DNA of 61,918 nt, filler included, from Choristocarpus tenellus KU-1152 (lineage: Eukaryota > Protista > Phaeophyceae), in assembly GCA_964200185.2 (NCBI GenBank). It is 14 parts of 14 records of this genome, joined end to end, with 100 filler letters (N's around TTAATTAATTAA, not from the genome) between each part and the next. Parts side by side here need not be neighbours in the genome. Positions count along the whole stretch, not along the records: positions 35,514 to 39,591 come from CAXNAD020016332.1; positions 39,692 to 46,067 come from CAXNAD020008270.1; positions 46,168 to 48,694 come from CAXNAD020027051.1; positions 48,795 to 51,624 come from CAXNAD020024368.1; 10 more parts are not named here. One strand, given 5' to 3'. The position numbers and the translations under genes were made by a program. The notes beneath the pieces are model-generated. The model saw nothing but the letters and a program-made list of their open reading frames with translations. It had not been told where the DNA came from and did no database searches. Positions 36,158-48,859 of this stretch are shown here, piece after piece; position 1 is the first letter of the stretch; the number at the start of each line of letters is the position of its first letter.

Positions 36158-38150
36158 GAACCTACTCTTTGACCTCGGCAAGGATGTCCTTGTCGAAGCC
36201 CAGAACGAAACGCCTCTCATCTCGCCCTTGCTCCGAGATCTTGATGTAGCCCTTAGTTAGGAAGTCTCTCTCATTTACTCACATTTTCCGACCTGACCAT
36301 CACATGTCCTGCTGCCATCTCAAGTGCCGTTTGCGGTCTTTCCCGTCAGAGCCTTTACTATCACATTTCCTTGTTGAGCGCCGGAAATGGGTTACCTTCT
36401 TTCGGGCTTCAGAGCCCTTGTAGTCCTGCCCTAACACCTTCTTTCTCGTTTCCTAAGCCACTCTGGCTCACATAGCTTCCAATCAGCTAGGACCTGCGGC
36501 AACTGTCGACTACTAAGATATTGTAAACTCGGGTTTTCGCTTAGGCGTTTCCTGAGCGCAATGGCACGCAGTTGCGCTGCTCTCCTCCCCAACCTTTCCT
36601 TCGGCCGATCACTCTGGTTCTCCCTTCGTCCGCCATGACCAGGCTTCCCCACAGACTTCGTCACTGTATCACACCTGGTGATGGACTCGCTGCTCTCTTC
36701 CTTCTTTCCCGAGGCGGCTGAGACTGCAGAGCAGTGGTCCGGTGTGGTTGAAGATCCAACCACGTTTTTGTGGTAATGCTTTCCATGCGTCTTCTCTCAG
36801 CGTCAGTGTCGCTGCCGTATGGTCCATTGCGCAATTTGATTATGCTGCTGTGCCAAAGTACACACACTTTCTCGTCATCTAACATTGCACCCGAATGTCA
36901 CATGGATGGTACTTGTTTTTTTGTCACCTCTCGACAGAGAAGGTGCTAAGGGTAGATCCAGGGGACAGAGTAGCCTTGGCGGCTCTCCTTTTTTCACAGT
37001 CGTGGTTCATATAGCTGTGTTCACATAAAGTCAGCAAAAAAAGGTGTTAAAAAGATGTCCGGATATCTTGAATTTTTTTTCGATACAGCCGCACCAGCCA
37101 AACTTGGATAGGGACTTGATCTACACCATTTTTCTACAAGGAATTCAGCCAACCACTTCGTTTTTGTTCGTTTTGAAGTTGTGACCTTCAACATTGTGTC
37201 GGAGATATTCCCCCGCGTTTTTTCCATTATTTGATCAGGACATATATAGCTCCCGTTACCCGAAGCCTGTCCATTCGTAGATACAAACCTTCAAAAGCTC
37301 TTGTCATACCCTTTCATTTGATATATATATATTATTATTATGCCCTCTGACATTTTGCAGATGTGCCAGGGGGGAAGACCAATGAAAACTATATATATTG
37401 TTGTACATCTGTTGCGGCTGCACGTGAAAAAAATCAAGATTGCCACAGACCGCAAAGCTAGTGGTACCGCTTTAGAATATCGTAATTGTCAAAGGTACAA
37501 CTGTAGCATTGTACTGTTTTAAACGAACTTGTGTGTACTGTTACGGTTGTGAAGGATACGAAATATGGGATGGGCGATCTGCCCTAACCCTGATCGTGTT
37601 CTTAACTATTGATGTTGACCACCATATTGTTGACCAAGAATCGCCAAAGTTTGGGGACACTCCAGGTTCCTGCTCGTTCTTCAACTGGGTGTCCTTCATT
37701 TTATTGTGCGTTATACGTGACCAATATATGACAATCCTTGCCTATGCTCAGCTGTACGCTACACCACATTAAGACCACAGTGTGCCATGTAGTGATCCAA
37801 GATCGATTTGTGCGAGAACGACCTGGAACTGGGAGGGACAGGACTAGGCTGTACAGATTATAATATCAAGACAGGGAGGGGGCAAAGTCACAAAGTTCAA
37901 GTAGCACAACAATCGCTGATTATACCAAGTTAGAACCAGAGTCTGTAGGGGATAGTGAATAAGACAAGGAGATTGTCCCCCCCTCATAGTTCCTGATGCT
38001 TGGCTCTTGATTAACCTACTCTGCTGCAAATTCCAGGGTTGACTCAAAGATATTTAGTGGATACTCGCTTCACAACCACGAATCCCAAGATGCTACCTCC
38101 TAATATTGACCCCCCCTTCTTATCCTGGTTAGGTAGATCGTGCTTTTAAG

Positions 38151-39396
38151 ATGACGCGAGAACTAATTTTTGTTGTAGCCCTGTTGCTTGGAAGAACGAC
38201 GTGTGCTCTGTGGGGTTTTGGAAATCGGCAAGAGAATGATGTGGACGCCGCTAAAGCAAGAGTTGTGGCTGCAATCAAAGTCAGGGTGGCGGCGAGCACT
38301 TCCAAACCAGTGGTCAAAGGGGTCGGGAGGGGGGATGCACCTAGGTACGCTGCAGCACGAGACGCTGGGCAACTGTTGTGCGGCGACGGCACTGTGTTGG
38401 CCTGGGATCGGGTCAATGATGACTACTGCGACTGCCCGAAGGATGGGTCAGATGAGCCTGGAACCTCTGCCTGTAACACAGGTGTGGTCCACTGTTTCTT
38501 GACCCCGTTCCTATGATATATGATTGGCACGAGATTGAAGACCACCAGAGGTCAGAGAGTAGAAGACACCTGCACGTTATGCGCGCCATACCCGTTTAAC
38601 TATTCTATTGTACTTGGTATTGAATGTGCAGAATGGAAAATTATGTTTATGCGACCGGTTAAATCCTTTTCTCACTGCATGACCGATCCTTTTCGTGTTA
38701 AACCCAACATACCGGAAGCTTTCCCTTGAAAGCACACCTCCTCCTATGCCTTCAATAAACTGTAGGAACAAACAAACGATTGCTCGAGTACATCCTTGTT
38801 TGCCATTAGTCTTTGCAGAGATTCTGTTGACGTTGGACACCCTGCAACAAGGAAGTGGGTGCAATCCTGCGCTGATAATAGTGAGAACAATGGTCACCTT
38901 GGCTGTACCCTAAGACACTCACACTGCCAAGGGAGAACTACGTGCTTTGATTCTCACCAGCTTAATTGAGCAAGTTCTTTAAACAAACATTTCATGACCT
39001 GCCTCTCCTCGCTGTCCATCTTACAACCTAAATGTTACCACTTGTAGGGGCATTTCATTGTGTAAACCATGGCCACCAGGAGATGCGTCTTGCATCCTCA
39101 AGGGTTGGTGATGGTGTCTGTGATTGCTGTGATGGCAGTGATGAAACAGCGACTTGGACAGATTCTGGGGGAAGGGATGGGTCTGAGCCTGGTGAGAGTT
39201 TTGGCTCTATAGTCACGACATGCAAGAATACCTGCGAACTTGATGCTGAGGCCTGGATAGACCGCCTGGCCAAGGATGTAGCACAACTCGAGGCAGGCCT
39301 GGAGAAGAGGGCCATGTATGTGGCAGAGGCAGCTGTGGCTAAAGCGCAGAAAATGGGGAAGGTGGAGGATACCGTTCAGCAACTGGAGACCAAGAG
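38151..39396 (+). CDS. PRKCSH: Glucosidase II beta subunit (PRKCSH-like); first two exons
   Basis: Exon 38151-38481 has a signal peptide and VNDDYCDCPKDGSDEPGTSAC. Exon 39048-39396 has FHCVNHGH...SSRVGDGVCDCCDGSDE...CKNTC followed by a coiled coil. The join is phase 1. Confidence 0.9.
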
Positions 39397-39880
39397 GTGT
39401 GAACCTGGCTTAGTAATGGTAGTGCCTATAGAAGGGATGCAGTGCAAGCCTTTGATTTATGCAGGGGGAAAGGTGGAGGCTGCAATAAGGCATATTGGCA
39501 TTTGTGAGTGATGATTTAAGGGGATGGGGGGGGGGGAGGGGGGGTGGAAGTTGGTAAGGTGTGTCCACTCCTTAGCTGGTCATGGATGTCANNNNNNNNN
39601 NNNNNNNNNNNNNNNNNNNNNNNNNNNNNNNNNNNTTAATTAATTAANNNNNNNNNNNNNNNNNNNNNNNNNNNNNNNNNNNNNNNNNNNNCCCAAATGG
39701 ACAGCCGCCACCCCCTCCCTGATACTTTGAGCCAGAACTTACCATGAAATAAATAGAGTAAGGGTTAAGTAGTCTGGAGTGGAGTAGGTCCACTCTCTTG
39801 GACACAACCTGTGCATCACAGAACTACACCACATGTGTGGACGACTTGCTTCACACTCAGTTTGTATATACCATACTCAC

Positions 39881-42800
39881 CTGGTTCACAGTGGTCCCTG
39901 CCATTTCTATTTCCTTGAGGTAGTCTTCAAATTTCCTGTCGCCTTCATCCCCGTCTAATTGCATGGAGGTGGGGTAGTGGTGAGGAGAAGGCTATCAGCA
40001 TCAGGCACAACGCATAGTTAGAGCATATTGTGATATATTTGGCAACACAGATCGTTCTGAGTGAAAATATCTTAGAGGGTACGAGTTTTTCCCTGTATGT
40101 CCATTTGGGGCTTGGCCTACCACGGGCTTTTAATGACATGTTACCTACTCCAAAATGTTTCGGAACAGGCAAAACGTATATGTTATAAAAGGTGTGACTG
40201 GAACAAGGATATTAACATCTGCAAACAAACGTGATAGCCGAAATTACATCCAAATTGCAACACTGGATTTTGGTCCGTAAGTGGACGCGACTCTACCCTC
40301 TAAGATACTTTGACTCTCCGATAGACATGATGAGTAAGTAAAAGTTGTGATGACTGTTGTACTCAGTGGGCATAGCATGTACTTTGCCAACACAGCAATT
40401 CATAGATCTACAACTTGTTTTAACAAAAGTGACAACTTGAAATCCAAACCTTTCGTAACACCAAGGTATTATCTCTTGAGTGAAATGCTCAGCTGTGAGT
40501 TTTGCAAACCACTTTTCCTCTTCCACACATAAAGAAAAATAAACTCACTCACCAGACAAAAGCCGCAAACACTGCAACACCAATAACACAAGGCATGCTC
40601 ACCTTCAGGACAGAACCAAGGAGCCCCTGTGTGGGAAGGCATGAGTAGTGATGCACCCGCAGCACGTAGAAGCCGCAGCTGGGCGCAAATAACAGGTAAG
40701 TGACGAAGGGATGTCAGGATTGTTGCAGTTGCCCATGCTCATCAAAAAACTAAAATCGGAACAGTTTGAGAGCATTAGTGTTTGTACTGCCTGTCAGATC
40801 AGATGCATTTTAGGCCATCATATATGGATATCTTATGTTGGTTGCCTTTTCTAGATGAGTATCAACCTTTGGTGACTTGGGTGGCAAGCAGATAGTACCA
40901 GAATGCACCTATTGTGAGTGCCATCATGGAGTCAGAAGCTGGGATGCTCATTCCAACTCCAATCTTGAGAGCAGCAGTTGTAATGTGACGGGTTCTGGTT
41001 CAAGACTATGGGAGAAGTACCACACAGACTCGAATATACTTCATACATATATATATATATATATATATATCGTGTTGCTGTGGAGTGTAAATAGTGTGAT
41101 TGAAATGTGGAGACATCATTTGCATTAGATACTGCCGCAAAAGAGGCAACACACTATAGCTTGCATGCCCTTTTGCAATTCTCTCAGCGTGTTGTGTTAT
41201 CTAATACATGTTATCTAATACAGTGTGAACCATGCTTCACAAAGAGGGCACAATAAAAGGTCCAGTGTTATTGGTGAGTGAAATCAACAGTGAAGCATTT
41301 TGAACAGATTTCTTAACGATAACCAAATATCTAACAATTGATATAGACCAATAGGATTGCAGTTCAATCAAACTCCAGCACACTCTAGGCACTTAGTGTC
41401 AATAACATGTATTTTCAACAAACCGTTCTACCACGATATTTTATGTAATAAGACCCTCAATCCCTTGAAAAAAATGCTACGAGAGCTGGTGTAGACTTGC
41501 CTTCTCTGAACGACCCTTGACAAGCACATCACTGTCCTTCTTGTTCATCTTGTACCTGGGTGAATTTCATGATCGACACACAAGTTTCTCTTGTTGTCAC
41601 TAAAAAAAAAAAGGACCACCAAAACAATAATGTAGCGGTTGGCCATGTTGGCTTTCATCACCCACAACTTTTTGTTCTACCTTTGAGTATTTCGGGGGGG
41701 GGTTTCATACCATTACCAAGGAATCACCATGGGTGCAAAGCCATCAAACTAGCAACATCAGATGACAAGGTGTTGCAATTATCCACAAAGAGCTGAGGCA
41801 CTCTTTGCCTCACTATTTGGAGTCCATGCTACTCTTCAAACCGTCCCTACACGTACCAAGACTATCTTAGATGGTAGGTTTGAGTATAATATTTCGACTT
41901 GTATGCAGTTCAACTCAATGTACTCTGGAGTTGCCAATGTGGCGTAATCCAAACCTGCCTGATGATAGGATCCCCTCGTGGCCCCAGAACAACGCGGTTG
42001 TCCTCACTTGATCTATCCCTTACTATCTCAACAAAGCAAGCTGTCTCTGTCCCCATTGCCACACACAACCTTGCAACGACAAGAGGGGCGTGGGAAAGGG
42101 GTACTATGGGATGCTGAGTATAAGAAAATTCTGGAGAAACTTGAAAGTTAGGACATAAGGTTAAAAATGAAGAAAGACCGGAGTCATCTGGTAAGGATTG
42201 GAACCCTAAGGTGAGCAATGGTGTGTTTAACCTAATTGGGAAGCATTTGGAACATCATAGTAACTTCCAAGGATCTTGAACGGTCTGCTGGGGCATGGGG
42301 TGCAAGGGTGAGGATCAAGTCTTCTTTGTAGAGTGGTAATTTTTTTTTTCGATTTCAAGTTTGCCCCTACATACCTGAAAGTGAGAGCATCGCTCCAAGG
42401 TGTGGTCATCCCAAAGAGGCCAGGGTGGACGGGGGGTGTCTGTACTACCACGCCATACCCTGCCAAATGAACCCCGAATGGGTGCCAGACAAAAACATTA
42501 GACGGTGATAGCCAGGAATCGGAAGATCGCAATGTTTAATGAGGGGGTAAGATGACATCAGCATCAGACTCAAATCGCTTATGCTCCTATTTTTCCCGGC
42601 AGGGATCACACCCTTTGAGTGATTGAGGTGATTAACAACCATTGTGATATTCTTGCATGTGTTCCTTACCCCCCCACTGTGCATGGATGCATTTGCCCTA
42701 CACCTAATCCCAACCCTATCCCTAACCCTAACAAACACTAGTCCTGTAACTCTAACTCACCTTGGCCCCCAACACCCATATGATCATCCACATACACGCC

Positions 42801-45800
42801 CATCATCACTCCCCTCCCAAATGAATTTCGTCCACTACTACTGTCCTTATCGCCAGCACTACCCGGAGCATCTTCCCTAGCTCTGGAGTTGTTCTTGCAG
42901 TCCTCTGGGAAGACACCTGTAATACCCATGACTGGTTGCAGGCAAAGGTGTCGCCCCAGGAGGGGGTGTTTGAGGCCGGAGCGAAGAAGGATGGCAGGGG
43001 TGTGGAACGCTCCTCCAGCAACCACCACTGCCTTGGCCCGAACTGTGAGTGCCCGTGCCTAATTGCATGGGATCATGTATTTCTTCATTGGTGTGAACAA
43101 GTTGTGCTTGTGACTATTATTTGTAGCTTGTATTTGTATGGCTGAGTATATATTTGTGTGTATAGAGCTCTGTGTGAAAGATATATCCCCCTCATTTACT
43201 ATGTAGCAATGCATAAACTTCCAACTATATTTCATCAACGGAAATATCAATCCAACTAATAATTTACAGGAGCCAGTCAATCTGTTCAATGATGATATCA
43301 GTTGTTGCCACCTGTTGTTCATGGGGTTGCCTGGTATGGTAGAGGTAACTGCAAATATCAAGTCTACAGGATATTCACAACCTTACTAGACAAACAAAGT
43401 AGCTGTTGGGGGGAAACTGTGTTGGATGTGGTCAAAGGGGGAAAACACTCTACCCAGTCCACCAACATAATGTACTGCAGTGAAAATACGATCCGCACTT
43501 CAAGCATTCCTTCATTCAAAAAAACAATCTGCACTTTGAAGCAAGTGGAATACATTCTGCCATAAGATGACCCTTGGAGCAAACAAGACAACTTGCACCA
43601 TTGACTGCCCTTTAAAAAAGTTACAAAAAGGGATGAAAAAAAGGTGAAGTCAAACAATGACAGAATCGGTTATATCATGTATGTCTAGTGTCACCTCTCC
43701 CCCATCTGGTGGGGTGATTGTAGCGATGACTCCTGTAGCCTTCCCTGCATCCATTGTTACTCGATCAACCTATCAAATGCATTTTTCAATTGGAGAAAGT
43801 CTGTCAAGCGATTCGATGTTAATTTTTAGCGTTTCATACAGGTAATAACTGAAACTAGATATCTGCACGGTGGCAAAGGATCATTTTGTGATCTCTTTTA
43901 TAGAGTTCTGAATAGGCACCGATTACATTTGGCTACATTTAATTGTAATACAAAATTTATCCACTAGTCTACTGCTCACTATCCGAATTTCCAACACACG
44001 CACAAACTTATCTGGTCAATAGGCATGCACCACATATATAATCTTGTAAGGGGCATTTCAAAAATCTTTCCAACATATGATTGAAACAAACAGGGCATTC
44101 CCTTGCATTTTCACTCACCTAAGGCTTATGGTCGGGATTAGGGTCACTCTTACCATTTGAGTATGACAATTAACCTTTCTTGCACTCATCATTTCCCACA
44201 CCAAGCCAGGGCACACAGACAACACCATACACCCCGATGTTCCAATCATTTCTTAGTTCTTCATTGGTTAGGGGGCACGCCCACCATATGCATACACGTA
44301 CCTCATGGATAACAGTAATCAGTTACTAAACATGAGAAATTTCAGTTTACTTGCGACTGCTTCTTCGCAGGCCAACAGTTAGTACCCCGCATGAGGTGGG
44401 TAGCACCCTACCCAAGGTGAAGAAGGGGTCAACATCGTGTGTGTGTTACCATTTCTGAGTGAGGGGATATTCAGAGTACGTTTTTCTCAAAAAAATTGTT
44501 ATATTGCATGCAAATAGTCGAATTTTTGAAGCATGTAGTGAGTCAAAGTATCTTAGAGGGTAGAGACACGTCTATTTGGGGGCCAAAATCCAAAGTCGCG
44601 ATTTTGATGTAATTTTGACTATCTTGTTTGTTATGAAGTGTCAATATCCTTGTTCCGAACACACCTTTTCATAACATATACACACATTTTACATACTCCA
44701 AAACATTTCGGAGTGGGAAAATATCATAAAAAACCGTGGGGACCCAAAGTATCCTGGGGGGGAGGGGATCTACACCAGAGTGTCCATTTGAACCAAAACC
44801 AGGAAAAGTGCACTTTGAGCCAGGGTTAAAAACGGACGCCGGCACCCCCCCCCCAGATACTTTGACCCAGGAGGCCAAGCCCCAAACAGACAAGCAGGGC
44901 AAAACCCATACCCTCTAAGATACTATCACTCAGTGAAACACCCACATGGTTCTTTGCTGCCTACTTCTTAGCCCATTGTTGGATCAATAGTGAGGTAGAA
45001 AGAGGACCTCTTTTTAGTTGTATAATTTTTTTACGACTCATAGTTGAGGCACATCATCAGCACCACGACGTCATGCCTCACAGCATGGAAACTACAATTC
45101 CTCTTTTTATATCATGCATGCTTCATACACATCGACTCTATTCAATACATATATAATTCAATATATATGAATACAATGAACCAAGTACAAAAAATCCCAA
45201 GCATTCACCCACTCCAGAGCACAATTGTGGTGCAATAAAACAAACTGCTTTGAATAGCAACAAGAATAGCAACATTTACAATCAGTTGACGAATACTTGA
45301 ACTAGAATAGGATGGTTTCAGGGGGTGGGGGTGTTTTGGTGGGGCAGTTGGTATTGCATTTGAAACTCCGAAGAAAGAGGTGAAGCTGTGAAATCACTGC
45401 AGAACATTTTGTTCAATATTTTGACGACAGCATGATCAAGCAATTTCACTGCTGGATACATCAGTAGAGATTAAGTAGTACGCCTTGGATCCTTGTGACT
45501 GCTACAGCCCATGCGCAGTCCATGGCGCATTATGACCAAGGTACCAGAGGTCAAGTCGAGTTTCAATCAGCTCACCCTTTATACAGAGTCACTTCAGGGA
45601 ATAGGTTTTAACTAGAAGGTATCATATGAACATTGAAGATACCATCGAAAGCAGGGCGTGAAGGAATATACTTCTTCACCATTGAATAACTCTATCTTGA
45701 GAAAAGCTAACAAATCACAGAGTGACTAAACCGTGCACCTTGAACTTTACATGTACAAATATACCTAGTGCAAATGAAAATGTCGACAAATGACAATAAG

Positions 45801-45997
45801 TTTACAACTCACCATGTTCAAAATATTCACAATTTAAGCATGCATTATACTTCACTACAGTGACCATATGCAAATATTTCTGGTGCCCACATCATGATAT
45901 ATATATAGTAGAGCTCCTCACAGCTTCCCTCCCTTACCTTGGCATGGGGAATGATGGTGAGGTTATGGCTATCTAGCCCATCCTGTAGCCAGGTTAC
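39881..45997 (-). CDS. Long-chain (fatty) alcohol oxidase, GMC oxidoreductase family; internal exons
   Basis: Exons 45997-45938 (VTWLQDG), 43769-43695 (VDRVTMDAGKATGVIA), 43058-42761 (VRAKAVVVAGGAFHTPAILLRSGLKHPLLGRHLCLQPV), 42459-42375 (GYGVVVQTPPVHPG), 42069-41959 (IVRDRSS), 41555-41501, 40678-40603 (LRLLRAAGA) and 39954-39881. Two joins need GC donors. Confidence 0.88.
40059..40316. mobile_element. MITE family A
   Basis: GAGTGAAAATATCTTAGAGGGTA...TACCCTCTAAGATACTTTGACTC. Confidence 0.85.
44540..44931. mobile_element. MITE family A carrying a nested family B element (44741-44868)
   Basis: The family A consensus ...ccgtggga(a/g)gccaagc... is interrupted by GACCCAAAGTATCCTGGGG...CCCCAGATACTTTGACCC. 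Outer flanks are AGT(G)/AGTG. Confidence 0.85.
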
Positions 45998-46167
45998 CTT
46001 CATTTGATATTAAAGAAAACACAACACAGACAAGGGAGAAGAGGAAAATAATCAGACAGATTGCATANNNNNNNNNNNNNNNNNNNNNNNNNNNNNNNNN
46101 NNNNNNNNNNNTTAATTAATTAANNNNNNNNNNNNNNNNNNNNNNNNNNNNNNNNNNNNNNNNNNNN

Positions 46168-47301
46168 ATCTAGTACCCCTGTTCTGCTCAGCTGACGTTC
46201 GATAATCTGGGAATTGGACTTGACTTGTACATCCTGGAACAACTGTGGAGGTAAAGGACACCTTCAAATCGTTTGTCACCAGAGGAGAGCGACACTGTCT
46301 AGACAAGCTGGTAACCTCAGCACAGGTGACTTTTCAGCCTGAAGTCAAACTGCTGGAGTTAGTGGGGGAGCCAGAGCTGGACATACTGGGGAGCCAGAGT
46401 TTCATGACGATATGGACATGGATATAAAAGATGAAGAAGAGGCTTCCACAACAGGGAGCGAGACTGGGGGTGAGAGCCAAAACATTGGGTGTAGGGCTCA
46501 AGATGCAAAGCGCTCAACATCCACCCAAAGCCAAGATATTTCTCCCAAGATAGGACAGAACCACTTTGTGCCAATCATGCAGCAGAACAACAAAGACATG
46601 TACTACCTTATGGGTATCATGGGGAAGTAACAACAGGTGCAGGCAAAGCCATCTACAACCAAAGTGGCCTTGAGTGGGCCAAATGCAGATGAGCAGCAGG
46701 AGGCCATGGAGAAGGAAATGACAGGTTATGGAAGAAGGGGACTTTTGGCATTAAGTATATTGCAACACACAAGCAATTGGCAAACGTGTTAACCAAGTCT
46801 ATACGCAAGAGTTTTATTTCTAATTTTGTGCATTCTGTGCTTTCGAGTCGGGGGTGAGCTTTTGCCTGAAAATTTGCTGCACGCTCATGATGGGGGAGTG
46901 TGCAATATAGGCTGGTAGTCTATATGGCGTATAGGTGTTTAGTGACCAATACTACACAACAGGAATGTTGACTAAGTGGAACAAGTGTAATTGACTTGTG
47001 TTTGTGTGCTTAGAGTAATGAGTTCCAATCTAAGATGATCGATTTATTATTACTTGATATAATTGGACTGATGGAGGAGTTCTGACATAGTACTAACTAC
47101 ACAGGATAAGTGACATAGTACGATGTAACGGCAGGACACGTTTTGATGTGTCAGCTGATGTGTGTGTCAACTGATATATGTAATAAACAAGAAAATAAGA
47201 GAGAGCACCCCCCACCACAGAGAGCAGTGCTCACTCCGCTAATAAACACATCCATACCACACAAAGCAAATTACTCTACCTGAGTAGCTCTCTTTTGCAA
47301 A
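46168..47301 (+). mobile_element. Internally deleted Ty1/Copia retrotransposon, 3' part with PPT and 3' LTR
   Basis: An integrase-tail-like LVTSAQVTF and the RT lead-in (PSTTKVALSGPNADEQQEAMEKEM) are followed directly by the RNase H end (IKYIATHKQLANVLTKSI). PPT GGGGGAG at 46892-46898; LTR at 46899-47301. Confidence 0.85.
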
Positions 47302-47303
47302 GA

Positions 47304-48694
47304 GGCTACTATATCAGAGGAGGATGAAGTAGCGTTTAGTACACTTTCCCTTGAGGGGGTTAAAGTTAATGCCATTGTCCCAGAGGGGATTGTTGGGGGA
47401 GAGGAACCTACCCCAAAGATGGCTCCGCCAGAATTTGATCCAGGGGGGTCAACTAGTTCGAAAGCAACGTCAGAGGAGGATGTTGTAGCATTTGATGAGC
47501 TTGCCCAGGGTGGGGCTGGAGTATTTGTCACTGCCCCATGGGGGCTGAGTGGGGATGGAACCTTGGAGGAGAAGCAAGACGACTTTGGGCTGAGCACTGA
47601 AGATTTGGTGCTGGAGGAAATTTCTTTGGGATCGGATAAAGAGGTTACAGAGGAAAAGACTTCAAAAGGCGTGTCTTCAGAAAAAGTGGGTTTGGATTTG
47701 GAAAATGGAAGTACTGATGGGATGCTGAACACTGGTGCTGGTGGTGTGGATCCTCCTACGTCACAGCAGGGGAGTGGTGGAAAGTTGTTACCGCGACCAG
47801 TGGACCATAACTACGACCCCCCATCTGAACCTGGTGAACCATTGGAACGGACACTAAAGTATGAGCGAAGACTGGTAGTTCTACTTCTGGGTGGGAAAGA
47901 TAAACCCCTCCCACCAGAACGTAAGACCATGAGAGCAGCGACAGAGTGTGAGGAGTGGCCTCTGTGGAAAGCTGCTATTCATGAAGAAGTGGACGATCTG
48001 GATAGCAGGGGAGTGTGGATTCAAGTACCTCGCTCCACTGAGGGTCACAAGGCACTAGGGACAAAGATGTTTTTTGAACCTAGGCAGATGGATGGCAAAG
48101 GGAGAATGCAGAGGTCCAAGGCGGGACTAAGACAACTAGAATTTTCTGCTGGTGGATACTTTGCTGGAGCTGGACTTGGAACAATCTGAGGCAGATCCAT
48201 GTCTGTTCAGAATGATTGTGGATGGTGAGACTGTGATGATCATTATTATCCGTGTGGATTGACATGCTGATGGCTGAGGAATCAGGGCCTGGTTATCCTG
48301 TGCTTATCATTGAGGGACTTAATGAGAAGTTCCCAGTGGTGAATTTGGGTGAGGTAACCAAATTTATGGGATGCAAGGACCAGGAGGAAAGGAAAACTGG
48401 GACACTTGTGGTGGATCAGAGCTTGTACATCGGAGAGCTGGCGGAAAGGCATGGTATTGGCACGACTTACGAGCTACCGTCTATCACAAAGAGAGTGGAG
48501 CAGGAGGGACCTATTCCAGATGACTACAGATCCATGATTGGTGGTATACAATGGGCTGCTATTATGTCTAGACCCGATGTACCATTTGCAGTTAGAGAGT
48601 TGGCTTCGTGTGTGGAGAATCCAAGTTTGATTGATTGGTTGAATGCTAGGAGAGTGATTGGGTACCTATTGGGTACTAGAGAGCATGGAATTAC
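47304..48694 (+). mobile_element. Second Ty1/Copia pol remnant (pre-RT linker and RT), frameshifted, truncated at the gap
   Basis: WPLWKAAIHEEVDDLDSRGVW..VP...ALGTK; V WID ML (decayed YVDD); NLGEVTKFMG; DQSLYI; YRSMIGGIQWAAIMSRPDVPFAVRELAS...ARRVIGYLLGT. Confidence 0.9.
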
Positions 48695-48859
48695 NNNNNN
48701 NNNNNNNNNNNNNNNNNNNNNNNNNNNNNNNNNNNNNNTTAATTAATTAANNNNNNNNNNNNNNNNNNNNNNNNNNNNNNNNNNNNNNNNNNNNGCTTTT
48801 TTTCTTTTTTTTTTTTTTTTTTTTTTTTGGGGGGGGGGTTGGGGGGGATATGCCAACAG

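Noticed and set aside
24919-45997. Cell-wall or secretion gene cluster (epimerase, glucosidase II beta, alcohol oxidase, ABC transporter)
   Set aside because: The genes are on separate contigs joined by artificial linkers, so physical linkage is unsupported.
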